From an uncultured Anaerolineaceae bacterium (lineage in GTDB: Bacteria > Chloroflexota > Dehalococcoidia > Tepidiformales > Tepidiformaceae), in the NCBI GenBank assembly GCA_964475735.1, contig CAYYYI010000003.1:10923-54098 (forward strand): a stretch of DNA of 43,176 bases, read 5' to 3'. Shown here piece by piece: positions 8,050-16,306 of this stretch. Position 1 is the stretch's first letter. Every line of letters begins with the position of its first letter. The notes beneath the pieces are model-generated. The model had not been told where the DNA came from. It saw nothing but the letters and a program-made list of their open reading frames with translations, and made no database searches. The position numbers were made by a program, and so were the translations under genes.

Positions 8050-10293
8050 TTAGGGCGTGTTTTCCCAGTCTCGCCAGCGGCTCCTGCCTTCGGGAATGTA
8101 GTGTCCTGATGAAGTGGAGCCTTTGCCTGCGTCGCGGCGCCCCCCCCTATCCACGCGCGCAAGCAGGTAGTAGACGCCAACGCACGCCGCCCCCATGAGG
8201 CCAAAGAAGATGGCCAACCGCTTGAGACCGCGGGCGTCCGCTTCGTTCCAGCCGTCGTAGGCCAACTTCGAGAACTTCAGGGCGGTTGCAGCGTCGCCCG
8301 CCTCGTGGGCAGCCTCAGCTTTGGCAAGGTCCCCGGCGGGGTCTTCAAACAGCATCCCGATGCGCGCGAGCACGCCCGGCTTGAAGGCAGCCTGCTTCTC
8401 CTTCGCCAGGGAGATGAGCTGTTCTGCCGTTCCCTTGTCTGTGAGGGTGGTGATGGCGAGCGAGGCCAGCCGCTTCGCGCCTGTGAAGTCGCCCGCGGCG
8501 TAGGCCACACGGGCCTCTTCGAGCCGTGCGAGCGAGGGGCTATTGGGCGGCTCGTTCGTGAGCTCTTTCGCTGTCCCGCTAATGGCCACAATTGCCTGGC
8601 GCTGGTTTTCGATCATGCTGGCAAGTCCGGCCATGTTACTGGTTTGCCACACCTTGGCGACAGCCCCGGAGGGCGGCAGCCCGGCTTCAGCCGAGAGCGC
8701 GCTCACGGTGGCAAGGGCATCCAGCAGGGCGTGCACCTTTTCGACCTGCCCCGCGATGCCGCCGAATTCCCATGCGTCGAGGTTGGCGTGCAGGTCGGTG
8801 GGGAAGCCGCTCAGCCCGAATCCGGCCTGCCGGGCGGCCAGGGCGCTCACCAGGTTGTGCGCGGCGCGACGCTCCTTGACAGTGGCCTGGGCCGTCTCGG
8901 CATTGAACACCCACGTAAGGAACAGCTCATCGAGGTTTGAGCCGCTTGCATATTCGCCCGCGTCCATGAACCAGCGAGCATCGAGCGGCAGCCGGGACGG
9001 TTCATCGTCCATCCGCTGAAGCACGGCTTTCATGCCTTCGCGCCCCCCGATGACCTTCTCATATTCGAACCAGAAGGCGCCTGCCTTGCCGTACCAGTAC
9101 ATCGGATCGTAGACGTTGGAGCCGCTGTACCAGGTTGCGAGCGGATCGGTGTAGCCGGATGACTTCCAGGGGCGCTCGATGGGGACAAACCCCACCTGAA
9201 AGGCGACGACGCGCGTCGCATATTCGGCGAGCCCCTCCCAGAGCCATTTCACGGCCAGGTTGTCGCCTGCCCATTGATGGGCGAGCTCGTGCACGGTGAC
9301 CTCACGGTCAAACCCGGTATCCGTCGCAAGCAGGACTTGGCCCTCGGAGGGGAAGGCCACGCCAGCAGCGCCCACAAGCTCGATGTGGTGCGACTGCCGC
9401 ATGAGGATCTCATCTTTGGGGTAGTCGAAACCGAAGAGATCTCGCAGGAGCGGAAGCGCGGCCAGCGCAGTGGCAAACTGCTCCTCAGCCCACTTCTCAT
9501 CGCGCCGGAAGTACCGGAAAGTGAGCTTGACGGTGCGGTCCCCCATGGCGACATCGGCCACTTGCGAGCCACGCAGAGAGGAGTCGGAGATCGACTGCAC
9601 GTAGGCCGAATAGGGGCTCACGTTGAATCGCTGCCGGCAGCTGTTGTCGGCGTTCGCGCAGCGCTTGAGCACGGTTGGGTCGCCGGCGCTGAGCGCGATG
9701 AGCGTGGCTTCGCCGCAGATCCACCGTTCGTACCCGGAGCTCTTGACCTCGCCGGGTTGGTGCGAAGCGCGCAGGCAACCGGGATCGAAGTAGTTCTCCG
9801 CACTGAGCGGCACGTCGACCCACACGAAGGAGCCTTCGCCCTGGCCGAGGAACGGCAACTCGATGGAGCCAGGCTCCATGGCCATGACGCTGTTCTTGAG
9901 GGCGGGCATGTCGTAGGTCATGACGAAGTCGAACTTCGCGCCGGGCTTCATCGGCTTCGGCAGGGTCACCGTGACAACGGAGAGCGCGCCGAAGAACTCG
10001 GCCACATCGCTGGACTTCACTTCGACGGGCAGATCGCCTCGCATGACAACGAGGTTCTGTGCGCCCGGCATGGCCCACAGGTAGACGATCGGAAGGTCCT
10101 TCGCAGTCGCGTTCTGGATGGTCGCTTCAACGCGGACGGTGAGCGTGCCGGTGGGAGGGTCGAGGCGGTAGTAGGAATCAGAAGCGACGTTCTGGGTGCT
10201 GCCGTCGGCAGCAATCGCCGGGCCGGACAGTGAGACGGACGTGAGCGCGCCCGCCATGAGCACGCACAGGAGCAGCAGGCGCCAGACCCTCAT
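8050..10293 (-). CDS. Secreted/membrane-anchored MA-clan (gluzincin, M1 / peptidase_MA_2-like) zinc metallopeptidase
   Basis: It has a signal peptide (MRVWRLLLLCVLMAGALTSVSLSGPAIA) and the zinc site HELAHQW...WLWEGLAEY. The C-terminal part is helical and repeat-like, and ends in a single TM helix (LAIFFGLMGAACVGVYYLLA). Confidence 0.8.
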   Translation of the reverse strand: MRVWRLLLLCVLMAGALTSVSLSGPAIAADGSTQNVASDSYYRLDPPTGTLTVRVEATIQNATAKDLPIVYLWAMPGAQNLVVMRGDLPVEVKSSDVAEFFGALSVVTVTLPKPMKPGAKFDFVMTYDMPALKNSVMAMEPGSIELPFLGQGEGSFVWVDVPLSAENYFDPGCLRASHQPGEVKSSGYERWICGEATLIALSAGDPTVLKRCANADNSCRQRFNVSPYSAYVQSISDSSLRGSQVADVAMGDRTVKLTFRYFRRDEKWAEEQFATALAALPLLRDLFGFDYPKDEILMRQSHHIELVGAAGVAFPSEGQVLLATDTGFDREVTVHELAHQWAGDNLAVKWLWEGLAEYATRVVAFQVGFVPIERPWKSSGYTDPLATWYSGSNVYDPMYWYGKAGAFWFEYEKVIGGREGMKAVLQRMDDEPSRLPLDARWFMDAGEYASGSNLDELFLTWVFNAETAQATVKERRAAHNLVSALAARQAGFGLSGFPTDLHANLDAWEFGGIAGQVEKVHALLDALATVSALSAEAGLPPSGAVAKVWQTSNMAGLASMIENQRQAIVAISGTAKELTNEPPNSPSLARLEEARVAYAAGDFTGAKRLASLAITTLTDKGTAEQLISLAKEKQAAFKPGVLARIGMLFEDPAGDLAKAEAAHEAGDAATALKFSKLAYDGWNEADARGLKRLAIFFGLMGAACVGVYYLLARVDRGGRRDAGKGSTSSGHYIPEGRSRWRDWENTP

Positions 10294-10432
10294 ACAAGAG
10301 AATTCGGCGCGATGGGCGTGGACCAGCAGGGGCCATTCGGTGAAGGCGGCTTGCCCGCGAAGATGACGGTACGGGCGGCTCGCTTAGCATGAGCGGGAAC
10401 AGACCGGCGGCGCCCCCACCGCGGAGATCGGG

Positions 10433-11764
10433 ATGAGAACCCTGGCGCTTTCGATGGTGCGCGTAGCCGTCGCGGGTCTCGCGCTGCGCCGTTCGGGTGG
10501 CGACCATTCGGGCGCCAGGATCGCCGAAAGCCAGGTACCGCGGGCGCTGCGCTCCTTTTGGGCCGATGGGTTCTTCGCGGCAGGCCAGGACGCTTTCATC
10601 CTCGCGTACCTGCCGCTGCTCGTGACGGCGCTCGGGGGCGGGCCGTTCGAAGTGGGGCTGCTCTCGGCCAGCACAAGCCTCGGGGCGCTGCTGGCGCTCT
10701 ACCCGGGAGCCATCATCTCGCGACGGGCGCGCAGCCGCCGGTGGGTGGTGGTGTTCTACGCCGGCATCCTGGGGAGGCTGGCGCTGCTTGCAGCGGCATT
10801 TGCAGTGGCCGCCTTCGATGGCAACAGCGCGCTCTACGCCGTCATCGGGCTCTTCACTCTCCGCGCGTTCCTGGGCAACTTCACGCTACCGGCCTGGACG
10901 GCGTTGGCCGCGGACGTAATCCCGGAGCACTTCCGGTCGCGCTATTTCGCCTCGCGCAACTTCGCCATGAGCATCGCCACGATGACCATCACGCCGCTTG
11001 GGGGGCTTCTGCTCGACTACATGGGCTTCCCCGGCGGTTATGTGGCGGCCCTCTGCGTTTCCTTCGCGCTCGGGATGATGGCGACGCTCGCCTACGCGCG
11101 CATCCCGGAACCGGAAAAACTGGCGGAGGCAGAGACGCGCCCCCGGATTGGGCCGACGGCCACGATGCGGAATGGCGCGTTCCGGCGCTTCGTTTCAGCC
11201 ACCTTTGCCCTCCACTTCGCGACGATGATCGCGGGGCCCTTCTTCACTGTTCACCTGAAGAACAACCTCGGCGCCACCAACTTCGAGGTGGGGTGGCTCA
11301 CGACTGTCTCGCCGTTGGCGGGGCTCCTGGCCCTGCTGGTTGGGGGCGAGCTGCAGCACAGCCGCGGCGCGCTCTGGATGACCAGGCTCTCGCTTCTCGT
11401 CCTCCCCACCCTTCCTCTCATGTGGGCCTTCATCGATGCGCCCTGGATGGTGCTGGCGCCGAACATAGTGGGAGGATTCATCTGGGCCGCCTTCAACCTG
11501 GCCAACTTCCAACTGCTGCTCGAAGTGACGCCTGAGGAACACCGCGAGGAGTACGTGGCGGTCTTCCACATGACCGTGTTCGCGGCCCTGTTCGTGGCGC
11601 CGTTCCTGGGGAGCGCCATCGTAGACACGTGGGGTTACCGGACGGCCTTCGCGGTCTCGGGACTGGGAAGGCTTGTCTCGACGGCGCTGTTCTTCTTCAC
11701 AGTCCGGCCCGCTGGCAGGGAGGGCGCGAGCCGCGAGCGGGCAGAGGAGGCGCTCGCTTCTTAG
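10433..11764 (+). CDS. MFS transporter
   Basis: The 443-aa protein has about 12 predicted hydrophobic helices and a central basic loop. A GGAG lies 6 nt upstream of the ATG. The exact start is uncertain. Confidence 0.82.
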   Translation: MRTLALSMVRVAVAGLALRRSGGDHSGARIAESQVPRALRSFWADGFFAAGQDAFILAYLPLLVTALGGGPFEVGLLSASTSLGALLALYPGAIISRRARSRRWVVVFYAGILGRLALLAAAFAVAAFDGNSALYAVIGLFTLRAFLGNFTLPAWTALAADVIPEHFRSRYFASRNFAMSIATMTITPLGGLLLDYMGFPGGYVAALCVSFALGMMATLAYARIPEPEKLAEAETRPRIGPTATMRNGAFRRFVSATFALHFATMIAGPFFTVHLKNNLGATNFEVGWLTTVSPLAGLLALLVGGELQHSRGALWMTRLSLLVLPTLPLMWAFIDAPWMVLAPNIVGGFIWAAFNLANFQLLLEVTPEEHREEYVAVFHMTVFAALFVAPFLGSAIVDTWGYRTAFAVSGLGRLVSTALFFFTVRPAGREGASRERAEEALAS

Positions 11765-12243
11765 GTGGCTACCTCTGACTCCGCGCGAAGGGCCGCGGCG
11801 CGCTGCCCACGGCCAAACTCGATGAAACGAGTAAGCGCCGCGGTCACCTCTTCGAGTTCGTCATCGCTCATGCCGCCGAGGAGCTCCCGGCCGAACTCTG
11901 CAGCCTCAGAAAGGCTTGTCTCGACCGCCTGGCGGCCGCGCTCCTCAAGCCAGATGCGGATTCCGCGACGGTCGTGCGGGGCGACCTCGCGACGAATGAA
12001 CCCACCGCGTTCAAGACGCTCGAGAAGCGCCGAGACCGATGGGCGCGTGACGAGCAGGCGGTCGGCGAGCTCGGCGTTGCTGAGGCCACCCTCCTCGGCC
12101 AGGAAGACAAGCAGCCGGAGTTGTGTGACCGTCAGCCCTTCCCGGTCCCAGATGCTGAGACGCACGGGGTCCAGCAGGCCGCTGGCCAGGAAGATGGAAC
12201 GGATGGCGGCTTCGAGGGCCGGTCGGGTGCGGTCGTTATCCAT
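11761..12243 (-). CDS. MarR family transcriptional regulator
   Basis: It has a winged-HTH (LTVTQLRLLVFLAEEGGLSNAELADRLLVTRPSVSALLERLERGGFIRREVAPHDRRGIRIWLEERG). I placed the start at ATG 12243 (MDNDRT). The track's TTG at 12294 adds an implausible 17-aa extension. Confidence 0.9.
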   Translation of the reverse strand: MDNDRTRPALEAAIRSIFLASGLLDPVRLSIWDREGLTVTQLRLLVFLAEEGGLSNAELADRLLVTRPSVSALLERLERGGFIRREVAPHDRRGIRIWLEERGRQAVETSLSEAAEFGRELLGGMSDDELEEVTAALTRFIEFGRGQRAAALRAESEVAT

Positions 12244-12249
12244 AAGCCA

Positions 12250-12255
12250 ATTATA
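12250..12255 (-). promoter_or_regulatory. Candidate -10 hexamer (TATAAT) placed 6 nt upstream of the marR ATG (leaderless-type geometry)
   Basis: The minus strand reads TATAAT-tggctt-ATG in the only AT-rich patch of this intergenic region. No Shine-Dalgarno sequence is present. Confidence 0.35.
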
Positions 12256-12585
12256 AGTCCTCAACCGGGAGATAAAGAAATCCCCACTTGTCAAACTTCT
12301 TCTGCCACCAACGGAATAGGCATGAGGAGGCCTGACAAGCGCGAGGAGCGGCGAATGCCTGGCGCCCTGGCGGGAAACCTCGAAATGGTGAGCAGTCGCG
12401 AGCGCGCGAAGGCTGGCGGCGTCCTGGTGGCAACGTTCTGGATTAGGGGGCGCACAGGGCCCCCATTAGGGAACAGCCCGTAGGTGCATAGGGAAGTCGC
12501 CGCCCTGCACGGAAGCCGCAACCCGCCGATGATCAGATTGCAGGGGAAAGGGCCGGCGAGGTAGCCGCCCGGGAGGACCAGCACG

Positions 12586-12780
12586 ATGGAAACGCCGCAC
12601 ATCAGGATCTGTAAGCATTGCGAAGCGCCCTACGACTGGCGCCGGTCCCCCAGCTCAAGCCTGAAGATGACTTACTGCGGCTCGCTTTGCGAGCGCGCCG
12701 ACCTCGGTTTCACGATCGAGGCGCTGCTGGCCGACGCCCAGGTTGTGCGGTCGGCCTGGCGCGAGCTGCTGGCCGCCTGA
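12586..12780 (+). CDS. Small Cys4 zinc-ribbon protein (YacG / DUF2256-like pattern), copy 1
   Basis: The 64-aa product has C-x2-C-x18-C-x3-C (ICKHCEAPYDWRRSPSSSLKMTYCGSLCERADLGF). A GGGAGGA SD lies 9-11 nt upstream of the ATG. Its conservation with the downstream paralog at protein level argues that it is truly coding. Confidence 0.65.
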   Translation: METPHIRICKHCEAPYDWRRSPSSSLKMTYCGSLCERADLGFTIEALLADAQVVRSAWRELLAA

Positions 12781-13019
12781 CGGCCGGGCGCACGCTGCGG
12801 TGCCTCCACTACAGGTGTGTTCCGCACGCAATGTAGGCTGCATGCGTTGCGCAGCCGGTGAGCTCGATGCCACGGCAATGCCCTTTACCAAACCGCGCTG
12901 GCGCTTCAGCGGGGGAACAACCTACGCTAGATCTGCGTAGTAATGGATGAGGGCCTTATCAAACCGGCCCTCGATTGGAGAAACGCGTGGTAACGCTCAT
13001 CGGCCCCGGCGGCGCCGGG

Positions 13020-13217
13020 ATGAACCCGGACAATATCAAGATTTGCGCCCGCTGCGGGCTGCGCTATGACTGGCGCAAGTCGGCCAGCTCTGCCCTCAAG
13101 ATGACTTACTGCAGCTCCCTCTGCGAGCGTGCAGACCTTGGGTTCACCCTTGAGGCCCTGCTGAGGGTCGAGCGCGTGCAGCGTGAAACGCCCGAACCGG
13201 CCACCCCGGCTGTCTAG
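13020..13217 (+). CDS. Small Cys4 zinc-ribbon protein (YacG / DUF2256-like pattern), copy 2
   Basis: The 65-aa product has ICARCGLRYDWRKSASSALKMTYCSSLCERADLGF. I set the start at ATG 13020 by alignment with copy 1 (MNPDNIKIC versus METPHIRIC). The track's TTG at 12975 is an alternative start. Confidence 0.62.
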   Translation: MNPDNIKICARCGLRYDWRKSASSALKMTYCSSLCERADLGFTLEALLRVERVQRETPEPATPAV

Positions 13218-13239
13218 CCACAAACCCTGACCAGTAGTT

Positions 13240-13263
13240 GAGGGGCTCCTTGCGGAGCCCCTC
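13240..13263 (+). terminator. Intrinsic terminator hairpin (possibly bidirectional) between zinc-ribbon gene 2 and the convergent rhodanese gene
   Basis: GAGGGGCTCC-ttgc-GGAGCCCCTC forms a perfect 10-bp stem and is followed by TTTCGTT. Confidence 0.65.
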
Positions 13264-13283
13264 TTTCGTTCCGGCGCTCATGC

Positions 13284-14120
13284 TCATTCGATGGTGAGCG
13301 GCGTGTCGTCGCGGTTGGCCCACTCCTTCATCGAGCCGTCGTAGACGCGCACGTTGTCGTAGCCCAGCAGGGCCAGCGCAAAGGCGGCGTGAGCAGCGCG
13401 AATGCCCCCCTGGCAGTAGGTGACCGTCTCCTTGCCACGGACGATGCCTGCCTCGTCCAGGAGCGACTGCAACGCCCCGGCAGGGAGGAACCGGCGGAAG
13501 CTATCGCTGGCCACGAAGCGCACCCATTCCAGGTGTTTCGCCCCGGGCACGTGGCCCACGCGACGGTTGCCGCGGTCCTCGCGGCCAAGCCACTCCCCGT
13601 CGCTGCGGGCATCGAGCACCTGGCACGTGGGGTTCGAAAGGCGCCCCAGCAGGTACTCGCACGAGGCGTGGATTTCAGGGACGGTCCGTGCGCGGAACGT
13701 GGCCGGGGGCGGAGCGCTGGCCTCGAAGGTCACCGGGCGCCCCTCGCTGAGCCAGCTGTGCCAGCCGCCGTTGAGCACCTTCACATTGCTGTGGCCGTAG
13801 TAGTTCAGCACCCACCACAGGCGGGTAGCCACCCTTGCATTGTCGTCGTCATAGGCGACGACGGCGGTGTCATTGCCGATCCCAAGACCGCCCATGAGCG
13901 CTTCGAAGTCCGGCGGGGACATGACAAGAACGCCGAACTCCCCGCCAGCGGGGTCCGCCTCCTTGATGTAGTGATGCACTGGCAACCCCACCGCCCCGGA
14001 GATGTGGGCCCGCTTGAAGGCGTCGGGGAAGCCGCAATCCACGACCCTGACCGAGGGGTCGTCAAGCCGCTCAGCGAGCCAGCCGGTTTCGGCCAGCAGT
14101 TCGGGGCGGGAGTAGTCCAT
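13284..14120 (-). CDS. Tandem-rhodanese sulfurtransferase (thiosulfate/3-mercaptopyruvate sulfurtransferase family)
   Basis: It has two rhodanese domains and the active-site loop YCQGGIRAAH. I placed the start at ATG 14120 (MDYSRPELL), which is preceded by AAGGAG 8 nt upstream. Confidence 0.88.
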   Translation of the reverse strand: MDYSRPELLAETGWLAERLDDPSVRVVDCGFPDAFKRAHISGAVGLPVHHYIKEADPAGGEFGVLVMSPPDFEALMGGLGIGNDTAVVAYDDDNARVATRLWWVLNYYGHSNVKVLNGGWHSWLSEGRPVTFEASAPPPATFRARTVPEIHASCEYLLGRLSNPTCQVLDARSDGEWLGREDRGNRRVGHVPGAKHLEWVRFVASDSFRRFLPAGALQSLLDEAGIVRGKETVTYCQGGIRAAHAAFALALLGYDNVRVYDGSMKEWANRDDTPLTIE

Positions 14121-14164
14121 GGCGAGTGCTCCTTCGTTTCGCGGGGCGCCCTTCGAAACCAGCC

Positions 14165-16306
14165 TCACAGGTGTGCGCGGAAGTACTCGATGAGTCGCCG
14201 CTCCTGGTATTCGAGCCCTTTGGCGTCGCGCGGCATGTGGCGTTCCTCGGGGAACACGAGCAGGTCATATTCCTTCTGCGCCGCCGAAAGCGCCACGATC
14301 AGGCGCGCCGTGTGCCGGAAGTGGACGTTCTCGTCGATCATGCCGTGGATGAGCAGCAGCTTCCCATTGAGGCGGGAGACGTGGGCCATGACCGAGCTCT
14401 CATCATAGCCGCCGGGATTTAGTTCGGGAGTGCTCATGTACCTCTCGGTGTAGGCGGTGTCGTAGCCGTCCCAGTGCGTCACCGGCGCGCCGGCCACGCC
14501 AACGCGAAAGATGCCGGGCTCCCTCGCCATTGCCATCAGCGTCATGTAGCCGCCATAGCTCCAGCCATAGATGCCCACCCGCGACGGCTCAGCCACTCCA
14601 AGGGCGGCGAGGTGGCGCACCCCCGCCGCCTGGTCTTCGACCTCAACCCGCCCTGTGCAGAGGTGGATGGGCGCTTCGAAAGCCAGCCCGCGATTGGCGC
14701 TCCCCCGGTTGTCGAGCTTGAAGACGGCGTAGCCCTCGCGGGCAAGGTACTGCGCGCGCAGGTCCACGGTCAGCGACCACTCGTTCGCCACGCGCTGGAC
14801 GTGCGGCCCCCCGTACACAGAGACGATCAGCGGGAACGGGCCGTCGCCCCGCGAACCAGGCGGCCGGTAGAGCGCGCCGTGGAGGGGGGTGCTGCCATCG
14901 GCGGCCGTGAGGGTCAGGATCTCCGGCTCCACGAGCCCGAGGTCAGTTGCTGTGGCGCCCTCGTTCGCGAACAGCACCGTTTCGAGCGACCCGCCGATCG
15001 AGCGCAGGGCAACCCGCGGCCCGTGGCTGAGCGAGCTCCAGGTATCCACGAAGCGGGTGTGACCGGGGTCGAGGACGGCATCGTGCCAGCCGGGCTCGCT
15101 CGTGAGCCTGCGGGCCTCTCCGCCGTCGAGCGAAACGGCGTAGAGGTGGCGTTCGAGGACCGACTCCCGGGTCGCCATGAAGTAGGCGACGCGGCGCTCT
15201 TCGTCAACCGAAACAAGCCGGGTTATCACCCATTCGCCGCCGGTGAGCTGGCGGGATTCGCGCTCGGCCGGGCTATTGAGGTAGAGATGCCGGTAGCCGG
15301 ACTTCTCACTTGTGCGGACCACCTCGCCCGAGGCGAGGAAGCGGGTGTCGTTGTCCAGGTTGATCCACGGCTCGCCTCGGCGTTCGAGCAGCAGCTCGCG
15401 CTTGCCGGTGGCGGCATCGAAGGCAAACAGCTGCAGGGAGCGCTGGTCGCGAGAAAGCAACTGGGCGGTGAGGGTGTTGCCTGGCCTCCAGCAAACGCGG
15501 GCGATATAGATGTCCCGTTCGGGGCCCAGGTCCATCCAGCGCACTTCCCCGGATGCGACGTCCACCACACCGAGGTCAACGTATGCGTTGGCCTCGCCCG
15601 CGAAGGGGTAGCGGTGCTCTTCGACGTCCACATCGTCTCGGCCCTGGTGGACTATGGGGTACTTGGGAATGTGCCTGCTGCCGGACCGGATGAAGGCGAT
15701 CCGGGCGCCATCGGGGCTCCACCAGAAGCCCTCGTCGCGGTCGAGCTCCTCCTGGGCGATGAACTCGGCCAGCCCGTTGGTGACGCCATCCTCCGCGCCG
15801 CTGGTGAGCTGGCGAGGCACTCCCCCGTCAGCGGAGCTCACGTGTAGCTCGCCGTCGCGCACGAAGGCGAGCTGGCTGCCGTCGTCGCTCAGACGGGGGT
15901 CGAGTGCCCCGCCGGTCCCGGGAAGCTCGCGCAGGGCTTCTCCCCCAACGCTCACGAAGAGCGAGCCGCCGCCGGGGACGAGAAGCACGGCCGGATCGGC
16001 CTTCTTCGCGAACTGGTAGTGCGTGACACCGAGCTCGCGCAGCCGGGCGCGCTCGCGCCGGAGCTCCTCTTCGCGGGAGAGCTTGCTTTCGTCGTGCGAT
16101 GCCGCCGGTGGCCCGGCGAGAACCGTCCGCTCCCCGGTAGCGATGTCGTACCGCCAGAGGCTGCGGACGAGCGTGCCCTCTTCGCTGAACAGGTAGGTGA
16201 CGGCGGCCCCATCGGGCGTGAACCGGATGGAGGCAGGCGCAGCCATCCCCGGCCTTGGGAAGCGAGCCACCTGCTCGATGGTGATTGTTTCGAAGGGGCG
16301 CGTCAC
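14165..16306 (-). CDS. S9 family serine peptidase, dipeptidyl-peptidase IV-like (beta-propeller + alpha/beta hydrolase)
   Basis: The 713-aa protein has a long N-terminal propeller region. The catalytic triad context is GWSYGGYM (Ser), [12 protein letters not shown] (Asp) and ERHMP (His). Its GTG start overlaps the pepP stop (GTGA). Confidence 0.9.
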   Translation of the reverse strand: MTRPFETITIEQVARFPRPGMAAPASIRFTPDGAAVTYLFSEEGTLVRSLWRYDIATGERTVLAGPPAASHDESKLSREEELRRERARLRELGVTHYQFAKKADPAVLLVPGGGSLFVSVGGEALRELPGTGGALDPRLSDDGSQLAFVRDGELHVSSADGGVPRQLTSGAEDGVTNGLAEFIAQEELDRDEGFWWSPDGARIAFIRSGSRHIPKYPIVHQGRDDVDVEEHRYPFAGEANAYVDLGVVDVASGEVRWMDLGPERDIYIARVCWRPGNTLTAQLLSRDQRSLQLFAFDAATGKRELLLERRGEPWINLDNDTRFLASGEVVRTSEKSGYRHLYLNSPAERESRQLTGGEWVITRLVSVDEERRVAYFMATRESVLERHLYAVSLDGGEARRLTSEPGWHDAVLDPGHTRFVDTWSSLSHGPRVALRSIGGSLETVLFANEGATATDLGLVEPEILTLTAADGSTPLHGALYRPPGSRGDGPFPLIVSVYGGPHVQRVANEWSLTVDLRAQYLAREGYAVFKLDNRGSANRGLAFEAPIHLCTGRVEVEDQAAGVRHLAALGVAEPSRVGIYGWSYGGYMTLMAMAREPGIFRVGVAGAPVTHWDGYDTAYTERYMSTPELNPGGYDESSVMAHVSRLNGKLLLIHGMIDENVHFRHTARLIVALSAAQKEYDLLVFPEERHMPRDAKGLEYQERRLIEYFRAHL

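Noticed and set aside
12322-12483. 53-codon ORF (MRRPDKREERRMPGALAGNLEMVSS...) inside the leader of zinc-ribbon gene 1.
   Set aside because: It has no SD, a highly biased charged/Gly composition and no motif. It is the tail of a long frame antisense to marR, so it is probably non-coding.
12440-12585. Partial resemblance to a cobalamin riboswitch (GGGAA..., CCCGCCGATGAT, GCCCGGGAGGACCAGC versus the B12 box) upstream of zinc-ribbon gene 1.
   Set aside because: Only fragmentary matches are present. The GGTGAAAATCC-type core and the correct B12-box sequence are missing, and such purine/GC strings arise by chance in a GC-rich genome. I kept it only as an unclassified structured leader. An Infernal scan would settle it.
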